A program made the position numbers and the translations under genes. The notes under the pieces are model-generated. The model was given only the letters and a program-made list of their open reading frames with translations, was not told the DNA's origin and made no database searches. 57,973 bases of DNA from a virus (lineage: Duplodnaviria; Caudoviricetes), in the IMG/VR virus record IMGVR_UViG_3300008266_000068, positions 1 through 57,973 of that record, one strand, 5' to 3'. This document shows, piece after piece, positions 50,101 through 57,379 of this stretch. The stretch's first letter is position 1, and each line of letters opens with the position of its first letter.

Positions 50101-53100
50101 TCATTTAATAAAATGTAGAAGTAAAATGATTTTGTTTTATCTGTATTTTCTATTACTTTAGCAAATCTTACATCTTCTTCATTAAAGACAATATTTATTT
50201 CTTCCAACGTTTCACGAATTGCTGCACAAATAGGTGTTTCATTTAATTCTATTTTACCACCCGGTAATGCTAATTTACCGGGCATAAAATCATCGTCTTT
50301 ACTTCTCTTTACAAGTAATACTCTTAAATCATTTGTTACAACTATTAAATCTGCGTATTGTGGTTTTTCTTTTTTAAATTTATTTAGTTTTATAATATTA
50401 CCTATAGCATCTGTAAAAGGCTTAAAAAACTTTGATATTGCTGCGAATCCTGACGATTCTCCGACTTTTTCGTCTTCGCCAAATAGTTCATCGATAGCTT
50501 TTTTTAATTCATCAGATTCATAAAGTTTGCGCATCTGACTTAAAATATCTTTATTCGACGAAATGATATTATGACTTATAATATTTCTGTCGTAAAATAA
50601 ACCTGAAACTTCAGTTTCTACCTTTTCAATTTTTTGCGCCTTAGGCATTTTTGAATCCTTGAAGTTATGTGCCATCATTGTACATATAACATCACCAGGG
50701 TAATTTTCAATTAATTTATCGTATGATCTTTTACTAATTACAACAGCGGGTTGATTCCTTTGTGCAAATCTGTTAGCTTCAAGAATATTGTCTTGATTAT
50801 ATGCTGGCTTATTTTCAATGCTTTGATATGTACCATTTCCATTGTCAACTAAAAACGCAGGTGAACCTACATCACTTGATCTATATGAACGTAATAAATT
50901 TCTTGTTTCATCAGGTGCATAAGGTTTTTCAAATTTTACAGCCCAGGGACTTACTGATAATACTTTTAAATCCAATTCATCTTTAAAATTGTTTCTTATA
51001 AAATCCTTATGAACAAGATCGTATATTTTCTGACTGTCTTTTAATAATGAATGTGTACCATTCATTTCATCAAGTTTTGTATTTTGATACTCTAACGCAC
51101 TTTGTTTTGTAACAAATTTTTGTGAATGTGTTTTTATAATATCGCTATCACCAGTATCAAGATAACTATCTATACTTTTTTTATTTAAATGATAAAAAGA
51201 ATAATACTCTGCAAAAGCTTCTTCAGGTGAAACATGAGCATAATCAGTAATTAATTTTATACCACTGTTGCTACCATTTCTTGGTATTCTTATATCATCG
51301 CCTGTTGCGTTATCTTTTGTTCTTTCTTCTTTATAACTCCATCCACATTGATTTGCAAATTTTCTATATTCTTGACTTCCATATCTATCAAGTTTTTTAG
51401 AAACAGCATGTCCCATTTCATGAACAACTACAGAAGCGAAATGATCTGTCGCGTCTATGTTTGATACTTTAGAAGTTGCTCGTAAACAATCTGGTGAAAA
51501 CTGTATTTTTTTATTATTAGGATCGTAAAACGCGTAAGTCTTCGTATATTCATTATCATATTGTATTGTAGTTAAATTTGAATTATTTACAATATGACCT
51601 TTTGGCAAAGTATCTATTAACTTTTCAATTGTTTCTAATGCGTTAATATTTGATTTATTCCAATCACCTGTTAATTGTTTTTTATATTTTGAATTAAAAC
51701 GCATTTGAAGTACTGGTTTAAAATCCAATTTCGCTTTTTCAAAATAGTCTTTATTTATCAAATCAGTAAATATAATATCTAAATCGTATTTATTTACTGG
51801 AAATTTATTTGCATTTACATAACTTTGAAAATGATTCTTCGCTTCCTCTTCTGAAAAACCAACTTGTTTGAATTTCTTTAAAAAGTTACCTTTTATTTTT
51901 TCAGCATCTTTTATATTTGCCAAACTTATAGTTGGAACATTATAACGAGGTACAGATACAGAACCATTATCGCCAAAACCTAAAGTAACTTCAATATTTT
52001 GTCCTTGAAAAAACGTTAATAATTTTTTACCTGTTAATGAAAATCTTTTAAAAGCTGAATTAGTAGCAGCAGTAGGTTTTGGGTGTTTACCTATTATCGA
52101 TAATAAAGAAGCAAATCTTTGTACATGTAAATCATTATCTACAGTATTTTTAACAAAAAATCTACTCAATGAATTTGTAGCAACTGCTGTAAGAGCTAAT
52201 GACGATATACCTGACGTTTCGTTTGCATCTACAATTAAACTATCACGAGTACCTAAATATTTCATTAGTTCTTTCATTATCTGATTTGATCCTGTTACAG
52301 TTAATGCAACACCATCGTAATCATAATTACTTTTTTGTGTATCTGCAACAACTGATAATACACCTTTGACGTTATTTATTTCAACATCGTAATCGTTTGT
52401 TAATTCTTCATTAGTTGGTACGTTATCTTCAACGACTGTTTTTTCTAACTTCTTTACAAGATCGCCGTAAAATATATGCGCATCTGAAAATATATCTACA
52501 TCAAAACGTTTTATTGATTCTTTTTCTAAATACGTTTTTATAGCATCGTTATTATGATTTAAATAAAATTCAAAATCTTTATCAATGCTATCAGTTTGTG
52601 TTTGATATAATATCCAATTACTACTGAAATTTTCAACACAAAATTGTTTTAATTCATTTACCTTATCAACAACTTCAAAATATTTATCGGCTTTTGAATT
52701 TCTTAAATCTGCAAGTTCACCTCTAAACTGCTTGTATTTTTCTTCTAATTCTGGTGAAAGGTTTTTAGCTTCAAGTAAATGTTCATAATTTGCTTGTATA
52801 ACATCTCCTAAATTAGTAAATAATGAAATATCTACTTCTTTAGAAAGTTTGTCTTTATATTTTTCCCTTACTTCTTTTTTAATTGCTTTTACAATATCAT
52901 CTTTACCATCAACTGCACCTACTGCTGCTAAACGATCTTGTATTTCAATATACATTTGTTGCCATATAGACATCGCACGTTTTGTAAATTCATTTGTAAA
53001 TGAATATTTTAACGCACCATAAAATCCTTCGTATTGTTTGAAATCAGTAGGTTTGAAAGGACCATTTTGTTCACCTTCAACTTTTTTAAAGTTTGTTATT

Positions 53101-53330
53101 ATTTCATCAAGAAAAACTTCACCATTTACAGGTTCTTTTATTCTACAAAATTCTTGTGATAATTTATTTAAGTGATTACCTAATTTTTCTAAAATTGGAA
53201 AACTTGGAAGATCATACCAACCATTATGATAATTTGTAGCCTCATGTAATTTTATTACCATTCCACGCTGCCAACTTCTAATTGTACCGACTGGGCAAAC
53301 TCTTGGCCGTTCTTCTTTTGAAATCGACAT
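47145..53330 (-). CDS. Polyvalent protein: zincin-like metallopeptidase + Nudix hydrolase + SF1 (UvrD-like) helicase
   Basis: HEMGH (51408-51422) with downstream EEAFAE; Nudix box GGKIELNETPICAAIRETLEE; AKAGTGKTT, VDECQD, VGDPRQAI, SYRC, HKAKGLE, YVAYTRAK. Confidence 0.85.
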   Translation of the reverse strand: MSISKEERPRVCPVGTIRSWQRGMVIKLHEATNYHNGWYDLPSFPILEKLGNHLNKLSQEFCRIKEPVNGEVFLDEIITNFKKVEGEQNGPFKPTDFKQYEGFYGALKYSFTNEFTKRAMSIWQQMYIEIQDRLAAVGAVDGKDDIVKAIKKEVREKYKDKLSKEVDISLFTNLGDVIQANYEHLLEAKNLSPELEEKYKQFRGELADLRNSKADKYFEVVDKVNELKQFCVENFSSNWILYQTQTDSIDKDFEFYLNHNNDAIKTYLEKESIKRFDVDIFSDAHIFYGDLVKKLEKTVVEDNVPTNEELTNDYDVEINNVKGVLSVVADTQKSNYDYDGVALTVTGSNQIMKELMKYLGTRDSLIVDANETSGISSLALTAVATNSLSRFFVKNTVDNDLHVQRFASLLSIIGKHPKPTAATNSAFKRFSLTGKKLLTFFQGQNIEVTLGFGDNGSVSVPRYNVPTISLANIKDAEKIKGNFLKKFKQVGFSEEEAKNHFQSYVNANKFPVNKYDLDIIFTDLINKDYFEKAKLDFKPVLQMRFNSKYKKQLTGDWNKSNINALETIEKLIDTLPKGHIVNNSNLTTIQYDNEYTKTYAFYDPNNKKIQFSPDCLRATSKVSNIDATDHFASVVVHEMGHAVSKKLDRYGSQEYRKFANQCGWSYKEERTKDNATGDDIRIPRNGSNSGIKLITDYAHVSPEEAFAEYYSFYHLNKKSIDSYLDTGDSDIIKTHSQKFVTKQSALEYQNTKLDEMNGTHSLLKDSQKIYDLVHKDFIRNNFKDELDLKVLSVSPWAVKFEKPYAPDETRNLLRSYRSSDVGSPAFLVDNGNGTYQSIENKPAYNQDNILEANRFAQRNQPAVVISKRSYDKLIENYPGDVICTMMAHNFKDSKMPKAQKIEKVETEVSGLFYDRNIISHNIISSNKDILSQMRKLYESDELKKAIDELFGEDEKVGESSGFAAISKFFKPFTDAIGNIIKLNKFKKEKPQYADLIVVTNDLRVLLVKRSKDDDFMPGKLALPGGKIELNETPICAAIRETLEEINIVFNEEDVRFAKVIENTDKTKSFYFYILLNENFVIEDHIVLDHEEQHDYQLVSINNLNEIPSEFFILDLKERLTGIIEEKFDEIISPKQLITVTPEISLNGSLQAISFVMYNMDRNDDNDDLFIQTLIDNKDTICEVMEKGNIDDEFEKGKKAFPIGSLDKAKKNVKTAAGWVPIVGNEHHVHSDYKHLISKEEKQIEEVKELEKETADVNTPSTASDGSLNIEGEISIKPKQTPSPQQQGIFDFIQSGEGNCAVDAKAGTGKTTTIVNSMEFIPKNKKIAFVAFSKLIQTELSERLPKEVDCSTLHAFGFNCIKKVYGKYIKVEKDKKKLVLNEFVNRIATEQKLEDGDKIEFMANVYKLVSTGQQNLTADPALLTELVRRQGVELISNEAQYVRTCMKMLDARTEMIDYEDMIYLPAAYDKFGVQKYDFVFVDECQDLNKAQLKLVRKMFDPKIGGRMVAVGDPRQAIFGFMGSDHESFENIANTENTKRLPLSVSYRCGKSIINYVRQTTGVDIDYWEKAEDGEVNLESSINDIKAGDMVLCRNNAPLISLCMKFIGEKKAATIKGRDIGETMINEIQRYVGKKLMDSPEGFKNMYLKINLEIGKIINKQVLRGLTHEQALESNPVINLTERRECYEALRDDSKTPNEMVANISKIFSESQKGGIQLSSVHKAKGLEADRVYIVEDDMLHGTRAKNEFQATQEANLRYVAYTRAKKSLNLVTDWYFYNKLKKSAGNETTYFNYIPDELNKANDFFGIEYNEYDVLNEFEKALTVEAVKKVSSKGVPYTQRYHKKIEEDDDFEYRKNELKNSTIYAGLKDKLIYSVKKDGVYYDKRTAKRIDIPEKYADVIESVFHANTLNGFSELYGTKTLPTDIDFLSKIESKDKVYNKGLEKLKTKHEKLHTFENRERNVNQFISSINESSTKKFISDTLTTVSNMFTNSKDIKISFKYNDKQYTLPLLDLIERNKSVTAVNVPQIKDLQISDYDNVKTGIIIPKFKVPESGKVYEAGEK

Positions 53331-53338
53331 GTGATAAT

Positions 53339-53518
53339 TTATTTATGTTCTACCAATACTGATAATTTACGTTTGTTACATTCATCTATCGCCGCGTCTA
53401 TTAATTCATCTTTGCCGCATTCAATATCCTCAGTTACAGTAACAGAAATAATTTTTTGTAGTTCTTCATCAGACATTTTTTCTACAAATTCTTTAATATT
53501 TATTTTATTATGTGACAT
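53339..53518 (-). CDS. Small acidic protein (59 aa, below ORF-track cutoff)
   Basis: Read manually: MSHNKINIKEFVEKMSDEELQKIISVTVTEDIECGKDELIDAAIDECNKRKLSVLVEHK*; fills the gap and ends 8 nt before the polyvalent gene. Confidence 0.6.
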   Translation of the reverse strand: MSHNKINIKEFVEKMSDEELQKIISVTVTEDIECGKDELIDAAIDECNKRKLSVLVEHK

Positions 53519-53548
53519 AATTAAAAAATTTATTAATTAAAATAACGA

Positions 53549-55072
53549 TTAAGCGATATCTACAAGAACTGCAGCTTGTTTTTCGAATTTTTGTTTATCC
53601 AAAACACCACCATTCATTCTTTCATTAACTTTTGCAAACATTGCAAGGTTTGAAAGTGTTCTACCGTTTACTTTATCGATATCAAGGTTTTTTCTGTATT
53701 TAGTAAGAAAATCAATAACCGCTTGTGTATGTTCAGGTTTAACTCCCATATCATTTCCTTCCTTATCTCTGAACTTCATTATGTTTTTAATTTTATTCAA
53801 CTTATGAATTGTTTCATCCATAGTCATTGATAAATCAATTGCACGTGCTCTTGAATTAACAATAGGTTGAGGTAAATCTTTACGCCTTAAATTTGTAATG
53901 AATATTACTTCACCTGAAAACTTAAATGATTTAGGTGGATATACTTTTTTACCGTCTTCAGTTATTGATATTGGTTTTGGATTTGGGTACCTTATTGTAT
54001 TAGTACCTGAAGTATCTAAAGCACCTTTTAACATATTACCTGCATCTTCATCATCCCACATATTATCGCAGTCATCAAATATAACAAGCTTATCTTTATT
54101 TGTGTACATTAAATTATACATATCAGAAGGTGAAGTTGAACCTGTAATTGTTACAGCGTCGTATTCATCTGCATCTAAATGTAATTCTTCATCGTAAACA
54201 CGTTTGTTATTTCTATCCAACGATTTTAATAACTCCCATGTTTTACCAACACCGCCTGTACCATAAGCAATTAAAGCTTTAGGACGACCTGTAATCATAA
54301 TTGCATCCAAACATAAATCGTATGCATCCCAACGATCTTCGTAACCAACACCTAATGTTTCTGCAATTTTCTTTTTCTGAAAACGATTTATTTTATCGTA
54401 ATCTTTTTGCGAAACTTCTTCCTTAATATCGTTGATATCGAAGTCTTCAGACATTACGTCAACTTTACCATCTTTATCAGTAGGTACATCAGAAGGTAAA
54501 GATGAACCAGTAGGTTTTACAGATTTAAATCCTGAAAAATCATGTTCACGTAATTCCTGTTTTTGAAGATGCGTTGCGTATTTATAATCGCCCAATAAAT
54601 CACCGTGCACATTTGGATCATATATTCCCATAGACATTAAATCACGATGTTGTTGTGCGCGATTTACGTTTTTCTTATTTTCAATTATTGATTGTATTTT
54701 TTCTTCATCGCTATTACCATCAATATCTTTTTCACCTTTATATTTACCACCAAAATTATGAGCAGCATCAATTGTATTATCAACCCAACGAAATGTTTGA
54801 TATGTACTACCATCTTTTTTCTTTGCAATAATTTGTTTCTTTACAAGTTTTGAAGTGTCCAACATACCTTTCACTAAATAGCTTTTAAAACCTAAATCGA
54901 TATTGTTTAAAACAGATTTTTTAACTTCCTGTTTAACCTCTTCAACTTGTTTTTCTTCTTCAACACTTTTTTCAAGTTTAGATGCTTTATCACCTTTTTG
55001 TATTACTTTATCAATATTTTTATTTTTTGCATATTGATTCAGTAAATTAATTTTGCGTTGATTAGCTGACAT
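53549..55072 (-). CDS. AAA-family ATPase with long N-terminal leader
   Basis: YGTGGVGKT (Walker A), VIFDDCD (Walker B), IFITN (sensor 1), SRA (Arg finger). Confidence 0.8.
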   Translation of the reverse strand: MSANQRKINLLNQYAKNKNIDKVIQKGDKASKLEKSVEEEKQVEEVKQEVKKSVLNNIDLGFKSYLVKGMLDTSKLVKKQIIAKKKDGSTYQTFRWVDNTIDAAHNFGGKYKGEKDIDGNSDEEKIQSIIENKKNVNRAQQHRDLMSMGIYDPNVHGDLLGDYKYATHLQKQELREHDFSGFKSVKPTGSSLPSDVPTDKDGKVDVMSEDFDINDIKEEVSQKDYDKINRFQKKKIAETLGVGYEDRWDAYDLCLDAIMITGRPKALIAYGTGGVGKTWELLKSLDRNNKRVYDEELHLDADEYDAVTITGSTSPSDMYNLMYTNKDKLVIFDDCDNMWDDEDAGNMLKGALDTSGTNTIRYPNPKPISITEDGKKVYPPKSFKFSGEVIFITNLRRKDLPQPIVNSRARAIDLSMTMDETIHKLNKIKNIMKFRDKEGNDMGVKPEHTQAVIDFLTKYRKNLDIDKVNGRTLSNLAMFAKVNERMNGGVLDKQKFEKQAAVLVDIA

Positions 55073-55129
55073 ACTTTTATTTTTTATATAAAGTAACTAT
55101 TTTAATTTTTAAATTCATGATCTTAAATA

Positions 55130-55158
55130 CAAAAATACGTTGTTTATTTGAAAGCAAA
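55130..55158 (-). promoter_or_regulatory. Bacteroidota-type housekeeping promoter (-33 TTTG / -7 TAnnTTTG)
   Basis: TTTG (55158-55155), 17-nt spacer, TATTTTTG (55137-55130), upstream of the AAA ATPase gene. Confidence 0.5.
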
Positions 55159-56091
55159 TTATACTTCATAATTTTTTTCTCCAATAGAAATTCTTACTTT
55201 ACTTCTACGTTTTACTTTAGGAATATATTCAACGTTTTTAGCAATATCAAAATTTTGAGTTTTATAATTCCAACTATAATTTTGATCGCAATAATTTAAA
55301 CTACATCTGCAATGTGGATGAGTACTTCCAATAACTGGCTTCCATTTATTAACCTGTCTACCTATATTAGTACCATTACCACGTAATTCTGATAATTTAA
55401 AAATACGCGGTTCACTTTCAAATCCCTTTGTAGTATAAAGCGCTATACAATGTTTACATGCTGATTCATATACTCTTTTCCAAACAAGAACGTCATCTCC
55501 ATATACGTTCTGTAAATATTCAGCTTTTCCTTCCTGATATGCAGTGTTAGAGACGTATTCTACAATGCGATCAAAATTTCTTGACCAATCACCTGATTTG
55601 CTTGATAATTCATTAGCAATGTCTCTTACAGTGTCGCCATCCAATACACCTTGCATTATTTCTTCACGTATAAATTTTTCTTGATTTTTTCTTGTATTTT
55701 TATTTAAGACATTATTAATGTCATGAAATATTTTACCGCCTAATCCTTTTATGTCACCTAATGATTGATTTTTTACACTCTTTAAAACATATGATTGTCG
55801 CTGTGAAAGTTGTAATGGATTTGTTTTCATATAATTAATCATATCATCATATGACCAATTCATTGCTTCTTTTAATCCAAGTGCTTGTGAAAGTATACCT
55901 AAATGAAACGACGATTTTAATCCATCGCTAATTGGTTGATAAATTTTTAAAGCATCGATTCCATATTTACTCAATAATTGAATATCTTTAGGTTGAAGAA
56001 ATTCAGTACCTACGTAATTACTTAAAAATGTAAGATTATGCTTTTGAATAATCTCTTCGATTTGCTGTAGTTGATGTGGAAATAGTTGCAT
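55159..56091 (-). CDS. MuF-like head morphogenesis (minor head) protein
   Basis: DWSRNFDRIVE...ACKHC...HPHCRC signature. Confidence 0.8.
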   Translation of the reverse strand: MQLFPHQLQQIEEIIQKHNLTFLSNYVGTEFLQPKDIQLLSKYGIDALKIYQPISDGLKSSFHLGILSQALGLKEAMNWSYDDMINYMKTNPLQLSQRQSYVLKSVKNQSLGDIKGLGGKIFHDINNVLNKNTRKNQEKFIREEIMQGVLDGDTVRDIANELSSKSGDWSRNFDRIVEYVSNTAYQEGKAEYLQNVYGDDVLVWKRVYESACKHCIALYTTKGFESEPRIFKLSELRGNGTNIGRQVNKWKPVIGSTHPHCRCSLNYCDQNYSWNYKTQNFDIAKNVEYIPKVKRRSKVRISIGEKNYEV

Positions 56092-56103
56092 TTTTTAAAT
56101 AAA

Positions 56104-56111
56104 CAAATATA
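56104..56111 (-). promoter_or_regulatory. Possible Bacteroidota -7 element (TATATTTG)
   Basis: Matches TAnnTTTG 12 nt upstream of the MuF start; no correctly spaced -33 element found. Confidence 0.3.
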
Positions 56112-56261
56112 ATTAAATAAATGTTAACGTAATATATCACAACGTAGTTTATTCCAATGAGCAGTTCCAGTTATATTATCATCTGGTATTTTTCTAAATT
56201 ATCCAAACCTATAAATTTAAGTTTGTTCATTGCTTGTATTGTTTTATTTTTGGTTGAAGGT

Positions 56262-56576
56262 TTACGCTGGCTCGTCTGTAAATGCAGCAAAGCCATCGTG
56301 GTTAAAGGTTTGGCTGAAGTAATCTTCACCATCATTAAATTTTTTACTCCCTGATAACCCACCGTATAAATCCTGATTGTACCCATCTATTATATCCTGC
56401 CTTTCTTTGGGGCGTAGTTCGGTTGCTTTACGAAGTGCATCTTTGCCAGCGATAATTGCACCATTATAGTGTGCCCTTTCTTTTTCCGACAACCCCGATT
56501 CATTAAGGTTACAGGCACATCCTGCTATATTAGCTTTAATATCCTCAATTAAAATTTGTAATGCTGTTTGTGCCAT
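56262..56576 (-). CDS. Small phage hypothetical protein
   Basis: MAQTA...KERQDIIDGY...GEDYFSQTF, a pattern common in small phage ORFs. Confidence 0.65.
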   Translation of the reverse strand: MAQTALQILIEDIKANIAGCACNLNESGLSEKERAHYNGAIIAGKDALRKATELRPKERQDIIDGYNQDLYGGLSGSKKFNDGEDYFSQTFNHDGFAAFTDEPA

Positions 56577-56583
56577 AGTAGGT

Positions 56584-56808
56584 TTATTTTTTACGGTTTA
56601 TTACTTTTCTTTCAATAATATCAGGTTTTATAATTCCTAACATTTGATTTCTAACCTCTAATTTAATAAAATCAGATAACCCCATTAATTCAAGAGGTGT
56701 AAACCCATCGTTAGTTCTTTCCATTTTACTTGTACCATCTGTAAATTCAGTTAATGATACTGTCCATTTTTTAACTTTTAATGCTTTTTTCTTTTCTGTT
56801 TGTGCCAT
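56584..56808 (-). CDS. Small phage hypothetical protein
   Basis: 74 aa, tightly packed with neighbours. Confidence 0.6.
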   Translation of the reverse strand: MAQTEKKKALKVKKWTVSLTEFTDGTSKMERTNDGFTPLELMGLSDFIKLEVRNQMLGIIKPDIIERKVINRKK

Positions 56809-56810
56809 GA

Positions 56811-56951
56811 TTAATTATTTTTTAGTTCAGTGTAATAATATATCTCTGCCTGTTTTTTTGTAAACGGTGGCAATTTTTCAGCCTTTTTATGTTCAGGTTT
56901 TTCAAAAAAACAAGCTAAGATAAAAACACCTGTTAATATTAATAGTGCCAT
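56811..56951 (-). CDS. Small membrane-anchored protein (46 aa)
   Basis: Start revised to MALLILTGVFILACFF at 56951, because the longer ORF runs into the tRNA-like element. Confidence 0.5.
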   Translation of the reverse strand: MALLILTGVFILACFFEKPEHKKAEKLPPFTKKQAEIYYYTELKNN

Positions 56952-56968
56952 AGTGGTTATTATTTTAG

Positions 56969-57067
56969 TAGTCAGGACAGGATTCGAACCTGTAACGCAT
57001 TTCGGCATAATTCTTATGCTATATCGTGGTTAGCTACTCCAGCGTCTACCAATTCCGCCACCTGACT
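56969..57067 (-). ncRNA. tRNA-like RNA (Leu-type D/T arms, no canonical anticodon arm)
   Basis: Perfect 7-bp acceptor AGTCAGG/CCTGACT plus discriminator A; D region TGGCGGAATTGGTAGACGC; T arm ACAGG-TTCGAAT-CCTGT; 48-nt centre without a 5-bp/7-nt anticodon arm; no encoded CCA. Confidence 0.75.
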
Positions 57068-57110
57068 ATTGTTTCCCCGCCCTCACCCATAACATTCTTT
57101 GGAGGGTTGG

Positions 57111-57341
57111 TTATTGGTTGTTTTTGTTAAGTTCTGAAATAAGGGCATCGGCTTGTTTTACAGCTTGTTCTGCTCTTTCAAAACCAGTACCATAATAAGA
57201 AACTAACCCCTGCATAGCCATAGCAGCAAAGTATTCACGTTTGGTTAAGCCGCCAAACAACCCTGTTACCATTTCTGTATCATTTTGGTTTACCCAATTT
57301 CTTTCAGTTGTTGGGTACATTGGTTCATTTCCATTTGTCAT
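57111..57341 (-). CDS. Small phage hypothetical protein
   Basis: GLTKREYFAAMAMQGL...AVKQADALI motif of a widespread small phage protein family. Confidence 0.7.
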   Translation of the reverse strand: MTNGNEPMYPTTERNWVNQNDTEMVTGLFGGLTKREYFAAMAMQGLVSYYGTGFERAEQAVKQADALISELNKNNQ

Positions 57342-57379
57342 ATTTCTACTTTATCTTTAATTATTTCAATCATTAGTGG

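Noticed and set aside
53549-55072. Terminase large subunit
   Set aside because: Motifs are AAA-type (DDCD, IFITN, SR) with no terminase nuclease domain; terminase and portal appear to be outside the window.
56171-56386. 71-aa ORF overlapping the 104-aa gene
   Set aside because: Mostly an alternative frame of 56262..56576; only a 19-codon tail from ATG 56230 is free, which looks like a remnant.
56952-57008. 5' extension of ORF 56811..57008 (MPKCVTGSNPVLTT)
   Set aside because: It is the translation of the T arm and acceptor stem of the tRNA-like element; the ATG at 56951 is the more plausible start.
56969-57067. Functional tRNA-Ser(GCT) or tRNA-Leu call
   Set aside because: The TAGCTAA loop lacks U33 and its flanks do not form a 5-bp stem, so no anticodon could be assigned.
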